This document shows positions 40,345 through 54,700 of a DNA stretch of 64,000 bases, piece after piece (the first letter of the stretch is position 1; each line of letters begins with the position of its first letter). The notes beneath the pieces are model-generated. The model searched no databases. It saw only the letters and a list, made by a program, of their open reading frames with translations, and had not been told where the DNA came from. A program made the translations under genes and the position numbers. The DNA lies in NCBI GenBank assembly GCA_964016885.1, contig CAXHJY010000279.1:62001-126000 (forward strand), in the 5' to 3' direction. Source of the stretch: Eledone cirrhosa. Lineage: Eukaryota.

Positions 40345-42560
40345 TTTATTTGCCACTAGGGCACAAAAGAAAGGGACATGTACATGGGTGGGGGGAGTTT
40401 ACATGAAAATCGAGTAAGAAAAATATAACAAACAAAATAATAACAAGAAGGTCCTCAATAGGGAGGGATCGTTTTGGGGTCACACACACCCCCGAAAAAA
40501 AGTGTGCGACCCTTCTCCACGGGAGCACAAAGAGAGGGTGCTCCCTTCTTTCTGTTCCACCTACAGGCTGAGGTAGAGAGAAGGCCCATTCACACGGGCC
40601 ATTCTCGCAACTTTCACCCACCTTTCATAAAACTTGCTGGAGTGGATCACCTCTCTCTCCATCCTGATCCTTCTTCCGAAATGGTATCGGAAGAAAAGGA
40701 CCAGTTGTTGGCCGGAAAGAAAGGTGTCCGACCTCAGCTCTTTCAGACGCGTCCACCATATAACCTCTTTTACCATGGCTATTACACAGAGGAAGACCGC
40801 CTCTCCTTCATTTTTGAAGGGGGGGGGGGAGGCGGCTTGATCGTTACAATGGACTCGGTGGTCAACCTAATTGGTCCCACCCGTGACAGCAGTTGTTCGA
40901 CATAGTCCCACAGATCGGTAACGCCCGGGAAGTGCACCAATGCGTGCGCGACGGTTTCCTCGTCGCGCACGCATCTGGGACAGATCTTTTTCGAGGGGTC
41001 CCTACCCGGGCGCCCGTGTCTGTAGAGCTTATCCCGAACGAGCAGAGCCCCTCGGTAGCACTGCCAGGTCAAGGACTTCTGGAAGTTGTCCATAGGTTCC
41101 GGGCCGAAAGTCCTACCGAATAGACTGGCCAGTTCGTCCTCCTCCATGCCTAGGGTTTCTCCGAGGGCGTCGTCGCACCCGCTAACCACCAGCCCTCTAT
41201 AGAATGACGAGGTGGAGTCTGCGTCGATAGCCGGGTCCGCCTGCCAGAGAGCCGTGAGCGCCTGGGCACACTCGGTGTGCCAGTCGCCCAGTTTTCTCGG
41301 TCTTTGCTTCACCCAGGACTGCAGCTCGGTGAGCGAGACGAGCCTCGGGAAGGCTCGCCTCACAAACGGGGCCCACACCGGTTGACCGGTGAGGAATACC
41401 TGGAGGTGCCTTAGCCTCAATGCGTTTTTACGCATTTTTAGCCACGGCATCCCCAGCCCTCCTTTCAAAGGGTGTTGACAGCAGATGGATCTCCTCACCA
41501 GAGGAGACCTCTTCTTCCAAAGGAAATAAAAGAGGGCGCGCTCCATTTTGGCGAGGATCTCACCCGGGCAAGGCACGACAGTCAAGCGGTAATAGATGAC
41601 GGACGCTATGTAAGCGTTCGCCACCTCCGCCCGACCTTTCAGGGATAGTTTGCACTCGGCCCACTTCTGGGTCAGTGCAAACACCCTATTCGTCACCTCG
41701 CCCCAGTTTTTCTCCACCTGGAGGTCCGGTCCGAACCAGACCCCAAGCAACTTCACCGGGCCCTCCGTCCACCGTCCGACGATACCGTCGCACGACATCG
41801 CTTTGCCCCTCCACTCGCCGAGTTGCAAAGCGACTGACTTGTCCCGGTTCAGCTTAGCCCCTGTCAACCTTTCGTACTCCTCCAGTAAGGTGCCGATTGC
41901 CTCTATTTCCGAGGTGGTCGACACCATTACTGTTACGTCATCGGCGTAAGCCGACACCGCTTTGCGCAATCCCGGTTCCAAAGGGATGCCCTGCAACAAC
42001 TCCAACTTCCGCAGTAGTGGCTCGAGAGCCAATACATACAGAAGGGAGGAGAGAGGGCACCCCTGTCGGATGGACCGGGGGATTTCGAACGGCTCCGAAA
42101 GGTAGCCGTTCACCTTGACTCTAGAGCAGATGCGGCTGCTGTGCATGGCAGTGATCCAGCCCCTGAAAACGGGTCCGAACCCAGCCGCCGCTAGCACCGC
42201 ATCCAGGTAACCATGGTCCACCCTATCGAACGCTTTAGACTGATCTAAATTTATCAGGGTCCCACTAAATTTATCAGGGTCCCACTAAATTTATCAGGCC
42301 CCCCGCACCTCCCGAACAATCGGGCAAAGTGCCTTTGAAAGGCCTCGCACATTTGCTTAGGTTCAAGGATCACCCGTCCATCCTGGTCTCGCAAAGACCG
42401 GATAGTGGATCTAATCCCACTTTGGGCTTCTGTCAGACGGGCTCAGCTAACAGCTTTGGTCCCCTCGTTTCCCAGAGCACGTATTTTGCTTCGGACAACG
42501 CAGCCTTCGTGTTTCGCGTCGAAGAACTGGCTCAAGGCCGTTCTCGACGCTTGGCAATCA
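40345..42560 (-). mobile_element. Tx1/L1-clade LINE ORF2 3' part, internally deleted
   Basis: NLDQSKAFDRVDHGYL, IRQGCPLSSLLY, AYADDVTV, KLLGVWF, LSLKGRA, KGGLGMP, C-terminal CPRC...ETVAHALVH. GC/CpG-rich. Frameshift near the G-run at ~40820. Confidence 0.88.
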
Positions 42561-42609
42561 GACTGACAGACAGGCATAACAGATGGACAGACAGACATAA
42601 CAGATGGAC

Positions 42610-42644
<35 letters not shown>

Positions 42645-42739
42645 TAACAGATGGACAGAGAGACAGACATAACAGATGGAGAGACAGGAAGGAAAAAAGA
42701 AAGAAACAAACAAAGAAAAGAGAAAGAAAGCGAACGAAC

Positions 42740-45700
42740 TGAATGGTGGTATGGTTGTGTAAATGAAACAATGGTTGTGTGAATGAAGGAATGGTTGTGT
42801 GAATGAAGGAGTGGTTGTGTGAATGAAGGAGTTGTTGTGTGAATGAAGGAGTGGTTGTGTGAATGAAGGAGTGGTTGTGTGAATGAAGGATTGACTGTGT
42901 GAATGAAGGAATGGTTGTGTGAATGAAAGAGTGGTTGTGTGAATGAAGAAGTGGTTGTGTGAATGAAGAAGTGGTTGTGTGAATGAAGGAATGGTTGTGT
43001 GAATGAAGGAATGGTTGTGTGAATGAAGGAATGGTTGTGTGAATGAAAGAGTGGTTGTGTGAATGAAGGAGTGGTTGTGTGAATGAAGGAATGGTTGTGT
43101 GAATGAAGGAATGGTTGTGTGAATGAAAGAGTGGTTGTGTGAATGAAGGAATGGTTGTGTGAATGAAGGAGTGGTTGTGTGAATGAAGGAATGGTTGTGT
43201 GAATGAAGGAGTGGTTGTGTGAATGAAGGAGTGGTTGTGTGAATGAAGGAATGGATGTGTGAATGAAGGAGTGGTTGTGTGAATGAAGGAATGGTTGTAT
43301 GAACGAAGGAATGGTTGTGTGAATGAAGGAGTGGTTGTGTAAATGAAGGAGTGGTTGTGTGAATGAAAGAGTGGTTGTGTGAATGAAGGAGTGGTTGTGT
43401 GAATGAAGGAATGGTTGTGTGAAGGAAGGAGTGATTGTGTGAATGAAGGAGTGGTTGTGTGAATGAAGGAGTGGTTGTGTGAATGGTGGAATGGTTGTGT
43501 GAATGAAGGAGTGGTTGTGTGAATGAAGGAATGGTTGTGAGAAGGAAGGAGTGGTTGTGTGAATGAAGGAGTGGTTGTGTGAATGAAGGAGTGGTTGTGT
43601 GAATGAAGGATTGATTGTGTGAATGAAGGAATGGTTGTGTGAATGAAGGAGTGGTTGTGTGAATGAAGGAGTGGTTGTGTGAATGAAGGAGTGGTTGTGT
43701 GAATGAAGGAGTGGTTGTGTGAATGAAGGAATGGTTGTGTGAATGAAGGAATGGTTGTGTGAATGAAGGAATGGTTGTGTGAATGAAAGAGTGGTTGTGT
43801 GAATGAAGGAGTGGTTGTGTGAATGAAGGAATGGTTGTGTGAATGAAAGAGTGGTTGTGTGAATGAAGGAATGGTTGTGTGAATGAAGGAATGGTTGTGT
43901 GAATGAAGGAGTGGTTGTGTGAATGAAGGAGTGGTTGTGTGAATGAAGGAGCGGTTGTGTGAACGAAGGAGTGGTTGTGTGAACGAAGGAGTGGTTGTGT
44001 GAACGAAGGAGTGGTTGTGTGAATGAAGGAGTGGTTGTGTGAATGAAGGAATGTTTGTGTGAATGAAAGAGTCGTGTGTGAATGAAGGAGTGGTTGTGTG
44101 AATGAAGAAGTGGTTGTGTGAATGAAGTGGTTGTGTGAATGAAGGAATGGTTGTGTGAATGAAAGAGTGGTTGTGTGAATGAAGGAGTGGTTGTGTGAAT
44201 GAAGGAGTGGTTGTGTGAATGAAGGAGTGGTTGTGTGAATGAAGGAATGGTTGTGTGAATGAAGGAATGGTTGTGTGAATGAAGGAGTGGTTGTGTGAAT
44301 GAAGGAATGGTTGTGTGAATGAAAGAGTCGTGTGTGAATGAAGGAGTGGTTGTGTGAATAAAGGAATGGTTGTGTGAACGAAGGAGTGGTTGTGTGAACG
44401 AAGGAGTGGTTGTGTGTATGAAGGAGTGGTTGTGTGAATGAAGGAGTTGTGTGAATGAAGGAGTTGTTGTGTGAATGAAGGAGTGGTTGTGTGAAGGAAG
44501 GAGTGGTTGTGTTAATGAAGGAGTGGTTGTGTGAATGAAGGAATGGTTGTGTGAATGAAGGAGTGGTTGTGTGAATGAAGTTGTGTGAATGAAGGAGTGG
44601 TTATGTGGATGGAGTGGTTGTGTGAATGAAGGAGTGGTTGTGTGAATGAAGGAGTGGTTGCGTGAACGAAGGAATGGTTGTGTGAATGAAGGAGTGGTTG
44701 TGTGAATGAAGGAATGGTTGTGTGAATGAAAGAGTGGTTGTGTGAATGAAAGAGTCGTGTGTGAATGAAGGAGTGGTTGTGTGAATGAAGGAATGGTTGT
44801 GTGAATGAAGGAGTGGTTGTGTGAATGAAGGAGTGGTTGTGTGAATGAAGGAGTGGTTGTGTGAATGAAGGAGTGGTTGTGTGAATGAAGGAGTGGTTGT
44901 GTGAATGAAGGAGTGGTTGTGTGAATGAAGGAGTGGTTGTGTGAACGAAGGAATGGTTGTGTGAACGAAGGAGTGGTTGGGTGAATGAAGGAATGGTTGT
45001 GTGAATGAAAGAGTGGTTGTGTGAATGAAGGAATGGTTGTGTGAATGAAGGAGTGGTTGTGTGAATGAAGGAATGGTTGTGTGAATGAAAGAGTGGTTGT
45101 GTGAATGAAAGAGTCGTGTGTGAATGAAGAAGTGGTTGTGTGAATGAAGGAGTGGTTGTGTGAATGAAGGAGTGGTTGTGTGAATGAAGGAGTGGTTGTG
45201 TGAACGAAGGAATGGTTGTGTGAACGAAGGAGTGGTTGTGTGAATGAAGGAAAGGTTGTGTGAATGAAAGAATGGTTGTGTGAATGAAGGAGTGGTTGTG
45301 TGAATGAAGGAATGGTTGTGTGAATGAAGGAGTGGTTGTGTGAATGAAAGAGTGGTTGTGTGAATGAAGGAATGGTTGTGTGAATGAAAGAGTGGTTGTG
45401 TGAATGAAGTAGTGGTTGTGTGTATGAAGGAGTTGTTGTGTGAATGAAAGAGTGGTTGTGTGAATGAAGGAATGGTTGTGTGAATGAAGGAATGGTTGTG
45501 TGAATGAAAGAGTGGTTGTGTGAATGAAGGAGTGGTTGTGTGAATGAAGGAATGGTTGTGCGAATGAAAGAATGGTTGTGTGAATGAAGGAATGGTAGTG
45601 TGAATGAAGGAGTGGTTGTGTGAATGAAGGAGTGGTTGTGTGAATGAAGGAGTGGTTGTGTGAATGAAGGAGTGGTTGTGAGAACGAAGAAGTGGTTGTG

Positions 45701-48700
45701 TGAACGAAGGAATGGTTGTGAGAACGAAGGAATGGTTGTAAGAACGAAGGAGTGGTTGTGTGAATGAAGGAGAGGTTGTGTGAATGAAGGAGTGGTTGTA
45801 TGAATGAAGGAGTGGATGTGTGAATGAAGGAGTGGTTGTGTGAAGGAAGGAGAGGTTGTGTGAATGAAAGAGTGGTTGTGTGAATGAAGGAGTGGTTGTG
45901 TGAATGAAGGAGTGGTTGTGTGAATGAAGGAGTGGTTGTGTGAATGAAGGAATGGTTGTGCGAATGAAAGAGTGGTTGTGCGAATGAAAGAGTAGTTGTG
46001 TGAATGAAGGAGTGGTTGTGTGAATGAAGGAATGGTTGTGAGAACGAAGGAATGGTTGTGTGAATGAAGGAATGGTTGTGTGAATGAAGGAATGGATGTG
46101 TGAATGAAGGATTGATTGTGTGAATGAAGGAATGGTTGTGTGAATGAAGGAGTGGTTGTGTGAATGAAGGAGTGGTTGTGTGAATGGAGGAGTGGTTGTG
46201 TGAATGAAGGAGTGGTTGTGTGAATGAAGGAGTGGTTGTGTGAATGAAGGAGTGGTTGTGTGAATGAAACAGTGGTTGTGTGAATGAAAGAGTGGTTGTG
46301 TGAATGAAGGAGTGGTTGTGTGAATGAAGGAGTGGTTGTGTGAATGAAGGAGTGGTTGTGTGAATGAAGGAATGGTTGTGTGAATGAAGGAATGGTTGTG
46401 AGAAGGAAGGAGTGGTTGTGTGAATGAAGGAGTGGTTGTGTGAATGAAGGATTGATTGTGTGAATGAAGGAATGGTTGTGTGAATGAAGGAGTGGTTGTG
46501 TGAATGAAGGAGTGGTTGTGTGAATGAAGGAATGGTTGTGTGAATGAAGGAATGGTTGTGTGAATGAAAGAGTGGTTGTGTGAATGAAGGAGTTGTGTGA
46601 ATGAAAGAGTGGTTGTGTGAATGAAGGAATGGTTGTGTGAATGAAGGAATGGTTGTGTGAATGAAGGAATGGTTGTGTGAATGAAGGAGTGGTTGTGTGA
46701 ATGAAGGAGTGGTTGTGTGAATGAAGGAGTGGTTGTGTGAATGAAGGAGTGGTTGTGTGAATGAAGGAGTGGTTGTGTGAATGAAGGAGTGGTTGTGTGA
46801 ATGAAGGAGTGGTGAGAACGAAGGAGTGTTTGTGTGAATGAAGGAATGGTTGTGTGAATGAAGGAGTGGTTGTGTGAATGAAGGTGTTGTGTGAATGAAG
46901 GAGTGGTTGTGTGAATGAAGGAGTGGTTGTGTGAATGAAGGAATGGTTGTGTGAATGAAGGAGTGGTTGTGTGAATGAAGTTGTGTGAATGAAGGAGTGG
47001 TTATGTGGATGGAGTGGTTGTGTGAATGAAGGAGTGGTTGTGTGAACGAAGGAGTGGTTGTGTGAATGAAGGAGTGGTTGTGTGTATGAAGGAGTGGTTG
47101 TGTGAATGAAGGAATGGTTGTGTGAATGAAGGAGTGGTTGTGTGAATGAAGGAGTGGTTGTGTGAATGAAGGAGTGGTTGTGAGAACGAAGAAGTGGTTG
47201 TGTGAACGAAGAAGTGGTTGTGTGAACGAAGGAAAGGTTGTGAGAACGAAGGAATGGTTGTGAGAACGAAGGAGTGGTTGTGTGAATGGAGAGGTTGTGT
47301 GAATGAAGGAGTGGTTGTATGAATGAAGGAGTGGATGTGTGAATGAAGGGGTGGTTGTGTGAATGAAGGAGTGGTTGTGTGAATGAAGGAGTGGTTGTGT
47401 GAATGGTGGAATGGTTGTGTGAATGAAGGAGTGGTTGTGTGAATGAAGGAGTGGTTGTGTGAATGAAGGAGTGGTTGTGTGAATGAAGGAATGGTTGTGT
47501 GAATGAAAGAGTGGTTGTGTGAATGAAAGAGTAGTTGTGTGAATGAAGGAGTGGTTGTGTGAATGAAGGAATGGTTGTGAGAACGAAGGAATGGTTGTGT
47601 GAACGAAGGAATGGTTGTGTGAATGAAGGAATGGTTGTGTGAATGAAGGAATGGATGTGTGAATGAAGGATTGATTGTGTGAATGAAGGAATGGTTGTGT
47701 GAATGAAGGAGTGGTTGTGTGAATGAAGGAGTGGTTGTGTGAATGAAGGAGTGGTTGTGTGAATGAAGGAGTGGTTGTGTAAATGAAAGAATGGTTGTGT
47801 GAATGAAAGAGTGGTTGTGTGAATGAAGGAGTGCTTGTGTGAATGAAGGAGTGCTTGTGTGAATGAAGGAGTGGTTGTGTGAATGAAGGATTGATTGTGT
47901 GAATGAAGGAATGGTTGTGTGAATGAAGGAGTGGTTGTGTGAATGAAGGAGTGGTTGTGTGAATGAAGGAATGGTTGTGTGAATGAAGGAATGGTTGTGT
48001 GAATGAAGGAATGGTTGTGTGAATGAAAGAGTGGTTGTGTGAATGAAGGAGTGGTTGTGTGAATGAAGGAATGGTTGTGTGAATGAAGGAATGGTTGTGT
48101 GAATGAAAGAGTGGTTGTGTGAATGAAGGAATGGTTGTGTGAATGAAGGAATGGTTGTGTGAATGGAGTGGTTGTGTGAATGAAGGAGTGGTTGTGTGAA
48201 TGAAGGAGCGGTTGTTTGAACGAAGGAGTGGTTGTGAACGAAGGAGTGGTTGTGTGAATGAAGGAGTGGTTGTGTGAATGAAGGAATGGTTGTGTGAATG
48301 AAAGAGTCGTGTGTGAATGAAGGAGTGGTTGTGTGAATGAAGTGGTTGTGTGAATGAAGGAGTGGTTGTGTGAACAAAGGAGTGGTTGTGTGAATGAAGG
48401 GGTGGTTGTGTGAATGAAGGAGTGGTTGTGTGAATGAAGGAATGGTTGTGTGAATGAAGGAATGGTTGTGTGAATGAAGGAGTGGTTGTGTGAATGAAGG
48501 AGTGGTTGTGTGAATGAAGGAATGGTTGTGTGAATGAAGGAATGGTTGTGTGAATGAAAGAGTGGTTGTGTGAATGAAGGAATGGTTGTGTGAATGAAGG
48601 AATGGTTGTGTAAATGAAGGAGTGGTTGTGTGAATGAAGAAGTGGTTGTGTGAATGAAGGAGTGGTTGTGTGAATGAAGGAGTGGTTGTGTGAATGAAGG

Positions 48701-51700
48701 AATGGTTGTGTGAATGAAAGAGTCGTGTGTGAATGAAGAAGTGGTTGTGTGAATGAAGGAATGGTTGTGTGAACGAAGGAGTGGTTGTGTGAACGAAGGA
48801 GTGGTTGTGTGAATGAAGGAGTGGTTGTGTGAATGAAGGAGTGGTTGTGTGAATGAAGGAGTGGTTGTGTGAATGAAAGAGTGGTTGTGTGAATGAAGGA
48901 ATGGTGGTGTGAAGGAAGGAGTGGTTGTGTGAATGAAGGAGTGGTTGTGTGAATGAAGGAGTTGTGTGAATGAAGGAGTTGTTGTGTGAATGAAGGAGTG
49001 GTTGTGTGAAGGAAGGAGTGGTTGTGTGAATGAAGGAGTGGTTGTGTGAATGAAGGAATGGTAGTGTGAATGAAGGAGTGGTTGTGTGAATGAAGTTGTG
49101 TGAATGAAGGAGTGGTTATGTGGATGGAGTGGTTGTGTGAATGAAGGAGTGGTTGTGTGAATGAAGGAGTGGTTGTGTGAATGAAGGAGTGGTTGTGTGA
49201 ACTAAGGAGTGGTTGTGTGAATGAAGGAGTGGTTGTGTGAATGAAGGAGTGGGTGTGTGAATGAAGGAATGGTTGTGTGAATGAAGGAGTGGTTGTGTGA
49301 ATGAAGGAGTGGTTGTGTGAACGAAGGAGTGGTTGTGAGAACGAAGAAGTGGTTGTGTGAACGAAGAAGTGGTTGTGTGAACGAAGGAATGGTTGTGAGA
49401 ACGAAGGAATGGTTGTGAGAACGAAGGAGTGGTTATGTGAATGAAGGAGAGGTTGTGTGAATGAAGGAGTGGTTGTATGAATGAAGGAGTGGATGTGTGA
49501 ATGAAGGAGTGTTTGTGTGAATGAAGGAGTGGTTGTGTGAATGAAAGAGTGGTTGTGTGAATGAAGGAATGTTTGTGTGAATGAAGGAATGGTTGTGTGA
49601 AGGAAGGAGTGGTTGTGTGAATGAAGGAGTGGTTGTGTGAATGAAGGAGTGGTTGTGTGAGTGGTGGAATGGTTGTGTGAATGGTGGAATGGTAGTGTGA
49701 ATGAAGGAGTGGTTGTGTGAATGAAGGAGTGGTTGTGTGAATGAAGGAGTGGTTGTGTGAATGAAGGAATGGTTGTGTGAATGAAGGAGTGGTTGTGTGA
49801 ATGAAGGAGTTGTGTGAATGAAGGAGTTGTTGTGTGAATGAAGGAGTGGTTGTGTGAAGGAAGGAGTGGTTGTGTGAATGAAGGAGTGGTTGTGTGAATG
49901 AAGGAATGGTTGTGTGAATGAAGGTGTGGTTGTGTGAATGAAGTTGTGTGAATGAAGGTGTGGTTATGTGGATGGAGTGGTTGTGTGAATGAAGGAGTGG
50001 TTGTGTGAATGAAGAAGTGGTTGTGTGAACGAAGGAGTGGTTGTGTGAATGAAGGAGTGGTTGTGTGAATGAAGGAGTGGTTGTGTGAACGAAGGAGTGG
50101 TTGTGTGAATGAAGGAGTGGTTGTGTGAATGAAGGAGTGGTTGTGTGAATGAAGGAGTGGTTGTGAGAACGAAGAAGTGGTTGTGTGAACGAAGAAGTGG
50201 TTGTGTGAACGAAGGAATGGTTGTGTGAAGGAAGGAGTGGTTGTGTGAATGAAGGAGTGGTTGTGTGAATGAAGGAGTGGTTGTGTGAATGGTGGAATGG
50301 TTGTGTGAATGAAGGAGTGGTTGTGTGAATGAAAGAGTGGTTGTGTGAATGAAGGAGTGGTTGTGTGAATGAAGGAATGGTTGTGTGAATGAAAGTGGTT
50401 GTGTGAATGAAAGAGTAGTTGTGTGAATGAACGAGTGGTTGTGTGAATGAAGGAATGGTTGTGAGAACGAAGGAATGGTTGTGTGAACGAAGGAATGGTT
50501 GTGTGAATGAAGGAATGGTTGTGTGAATGAAGGAATGCTTGTGTGAATGAAGGAATGGATGTGTGAATGAAGGATTGATTGTGTGTATGAAGGAATGGTT
50601 GTGTGAATGAAGGAGTGGTTGTGTGAATGAAGGAGTGGTTGTGTGAATGAAGGAGTGGTTGTGTGAATGAAGGAGTGGTTGTGTGAATGAAAGAATGGTT
50701 GTGTGAATGAAAGAGTGGTTGTGTGAATGAAGAAGTGGTTGTGTGAATGAAGGAGTGGTTGTGTGAATGAAGGAGTGGTTGTGTGAATGAAGGAATGGTT
50801 GTGAGAAGGAAGGAGTGGTTGTGTGAATGAAGGAGTGGTTGTGTAAATGAAGGATTGATTGTGTGAATGAAGGAATGGTTGTGTGAATGAAAGAGTGGTT
50901 GTGTGAATGAAGGAATGGTTGTGTGAATGAAGGAATGGTTGTGTGAATGAAGGAATGGTTGTGTGAATGAAGGAATGGTTGTGTGAATGAAGGAGTGGTT
51001 GTGTGAATGAAGGAGTGGTTGTGTGAATGAAGGAGCGGTTGTGTGAACGAAGGAGTGGTTGTGTGAACGAAGGAGTGGTTGTGTGAATGAAGGAATGGTT
51101 GTGTGAATGAAAGAGTCGTGTGTGAATGAAGGAGTGGTTGTGTGAATGAAGGAATGGTTGTGTGAACGAAGGAGTGGTTGTGTGAACGAAGGAGTGGTTG
51201 TGTGAATGAAGGAGTGGTTGTGTGAATGAAGGAGTGGTTGTGTGAATGAAGGAGTGGTTGTGTGAATGAAGGAGTGGTTGTGTGAACGAAGGAGTGGTTG
51301 TGTGAATGAAGGAATGGTTGTGTGAATGAAGGAGTGGTTGTGTGAATGAAGGAGTTGTGTGAATAAAGGAGTTGTTTAGTGAATGAAGGAGTGGTTGTGT
51401 GAGGGAGTGGTTGTGTGAATGAAGGAATGGTTGTGTCAATGAAGGAGTGGTTGTGTGAATGAAGTTGTGTGAATGAAGGAGTGGTTATGTGGATGGAGTG
51501 GTTGTGTGAATGAAGGAGTGGTTGTGTGAATGAAGGAGTGGTTGTGTGAACAAAGGAGTGGTTGTGTGAATGAAGGAGTGGTTGTGTGAATGAAGGAGTG
51601 GTTGTGTGAATGAAGGAATGGTTGTGTGAATGAAGGAGTGGTTGTGTGAATGAAGGAATGGTTGTGTGAATGAAGGAATGGTTGTGTGAATGAAAGAGTG

Positions 51701-54700
51701 GTTGTGTGAATGAAGGAATGGTTGTGTGAATGAAGGAATGGTTGTGTGAATGAAGGAGTGGTTGTGTGAATGAAGAAGTGGTTGTGTGAATGAAGGAGTG
51801 GTTGTGTGAATGAAGGAGCGGTTGTGTGAACGAAGGAGTGGTTGTGTGAACGAAGGAGTGGTTGTCTGAATGAAGGAGTGGTTGTGTGAATGAAGGAATG
51901 GTTGTGTGAATGAAAGAGTCGTGTGTGAATGAAGGAGTGGTTGTGTGAATGAAGGAATGGTTGTGTGAACGAAGGAGTGGTTGTGTGAACGAAGGAGTGG
52001 TTGTGTGAATGAAGGAGTGGTTGTGTGAATGAAGGAGTGGTTATGTGAATGAAGGAGTGGTTGTGTGAACGAAGGAGTGGTTGTGTGAACGAAGGAGTGA
52101 TTGTGTGAATGAAGGAGTGGTTGTGTGAATGAAGGAGTGGTTGTGTGAATGAAGGAGTTGTTGTGTGAATGAAGGAGTGGTTGTGTGAAGGAAGGAGTGG
52201 TTGTGTGAATGAAGGAGTGGTTGTGTGAACGAAGGATTGGTTGTGTGAATGAAGGAGTGGTTGTGTGAATGAAGTTGTGTGAATGAAGGAGTGGTTATGT
52301 GGATGGAGTGGTTGTGTGAATGAAGGAGTGGTTGTGTGAATGAAGGAGTGCTTGTGTGAATGAAGGAGTGGTTGTGTGAACGAAGGAGTGGTTGTGTGAA
52401 TGAAGGAGTGGTTGTGTGAATGAAGGAGTGGTTGTGCGAATGAAGGAGTGGTTGTGTGAATGAAGGAGTGGTTGTGTGAATGAAGGAGTGGTTGCGTGAA
52501 CGAAGGAATGGTTGTGTGAATGAAGGAGTGGTTGTGTGAATGAAGGAATGGTTGTGTGAATGAAACAGTGGTTGTGTGAATGAAAGAGTCATGTGTGAAT
52601 GAAGGAGTGGTTGTGTGAATGAAGGAATGGTTGTGTGAACGAAGGAGTGGTTGTGTGAACGAAAGAATGGTTGTGTGAATGAAGGAATGGATGTGTGAAT
52701 GAAGGAGTGGTTGTGTGAATGAAGGAATGGTTGTGTGAACGAAGGAGTGGTTGTGTGAATGAAAGAGTGGTTGTGTGAATGAAGGAGTGGTTGTGTGAAT
52801 GAAGGAGTGGTTGTGTGAATGAAGGAGTGGTTGTGTGAATGAAGGAGTGGTTGTGTGAATGAAGGAGTGGTTGTGTGAATGAAGGAGTGGTTGTGTGAAT
52901 GAAGGAGTGGTTGTGTGAATGAAGGAATGGTTGTGTGAATGAAGGAGTGGTTGTGTGAAGGAAGGAATGGTTGTGTGAATGAAGGAATGGTTGTGTGAAT
53001 GAAGGAGTGGTTGTGTGAATGAAGGAGTGGTTGTGTGAATGAAGGAGTGGTTGTGAGAACGAAAAAGTGGTTGTGTGAACGAAGGAATGTTTGTGAGAAC
53101 GAAGGAGAGGTTGTGTGAATGAAGGAGTGGTAGTATGAATGAAGGAGTGGTTGTATGAATGAAGGAGTGGTTGTCTGAATGAAGGAATGGTTGTGTGAAG
53201 GGGGTGGTTGTGTAAATGAAAGAGTGGTTGTGTGAATGAAGGAGTGGTTGTGTGAATGAAAGAGTCGTGTGTGAATGAAGGAGTGGTTGTGTGAATGAAG
53301 GATTGATTGTGTGAACGAAGGAATGGTTGTGTGAATGAAAGAGTGGTTGTGTGAATGAAAGAGTCGTGTGTGAATGAAGGAGTGGTTGTGTGAATGAAGG
53401 AATGGTTGTGTAATTGAAGGAATGGTTGTGTGAATGAAGGAATGGTTGTGTGAATGAAAGAGTGGTTGTGTGAATGAAGGAGTGGTTGTGTGAATGAAGG
53501 AGTGGTTGTGTGAATGAAGGAATGGTTGTGTGAATGAAGGAATGGTTGTGTGAATGAAAGAATGGTTGTGTGAATGAAGGAATGGTTGTGTGAATGAAGG
53601 AATGGTTGTGTGAATGAAGGAGTGGTTGTGTGAATGAAGGAGTGGTTGTGTGAATGAAGGAGTGGTTGTGTGAATGAAGGAGCGGTTGTGTGAACGAAGG
53701 AGTGGTTGCGTGAACGAAGGAGTGGTTGTGTGAACGAAGGAGTGGTTGTGTGAATGAAGGAGTGGTTGTGTGAATGAAGGAATGGTTGTGTGAATGAAAG
53801 AGTCGTGTCTGAATGAAGGAGTGGTTGTGTGAATGAAGGAATGGTTGTGTGAACGAAGGAGTGATTGTGTGAACGAAGGAGTGGTTGTGTGAATGAAGGA
53901 GTGGTTGTGTGAATGAAGGAGTGGTTGTGTGAATGAAGGAGTGGTTGTGTGAATGAAAGAGTGGTTGTGTGAATGAAGGAGTTGTGTGAATGAAGGAGTT
54001 GTTGTGTGAATGAAGGAGTGGTTGTGTGAAGGAAGGAATGGTTGTGTGAATGAAGGAATGGTTGTGTGAATGAAGGAGTGGTTGTGTGAATGAAGTTGTG
54101 TGAATGAAGGAGTGGTTATGTGGATGGAGTGGTTGTGTGGATGAAGGAGTGGTTGTGTGAATGAAGGAGTGGTTGTGTGAATGAAGGAGTGGTTGTGTGA
54201 ACGAAGGAGTGGTTGTGTGAACGAAGGAGTGGTTGTGTGAATGAAGTAGTGGTTGTGTGAATGAAGGAGTGGTTGTGTGAATGAAGGAATGGTTGTGTGA
54301 ATGAAGGAGTGGTTGTGTGAATGAAGGAGTGGTTGTGTGAACGAAGGAGTGGTTGTGAGAACGAAGAAGTGGTTGTGTGAACGAAGAAGTGGTTGTGTGA
54401 ACGAAGGAATGGTTGTGAGAACGAAGGAATGGTTGTGAGAACGAAGGAGTGGTTATGTGAATGAAGGAGAGGTTGTGTGAATGAAGGAGTGGTTGTATGA
54501 ATGAAGGAGTGGATGTGTGAATGAAGGAGTGTTTGTGTGAATGAAGGAGTGGTTGTGTGAATGAAAGAGTGGTTGTGTGAATGAAGGAATGGTTGTGTGT
54601 ATGAAGGAATGGTTGTGTGAAGGAAGGAGTGGTTGTGTGAATGAAGGAGTGGTTGTGTGAATGAAGGATGGTTGTGTGAATGGTGGAATGGTTGTGTGAA

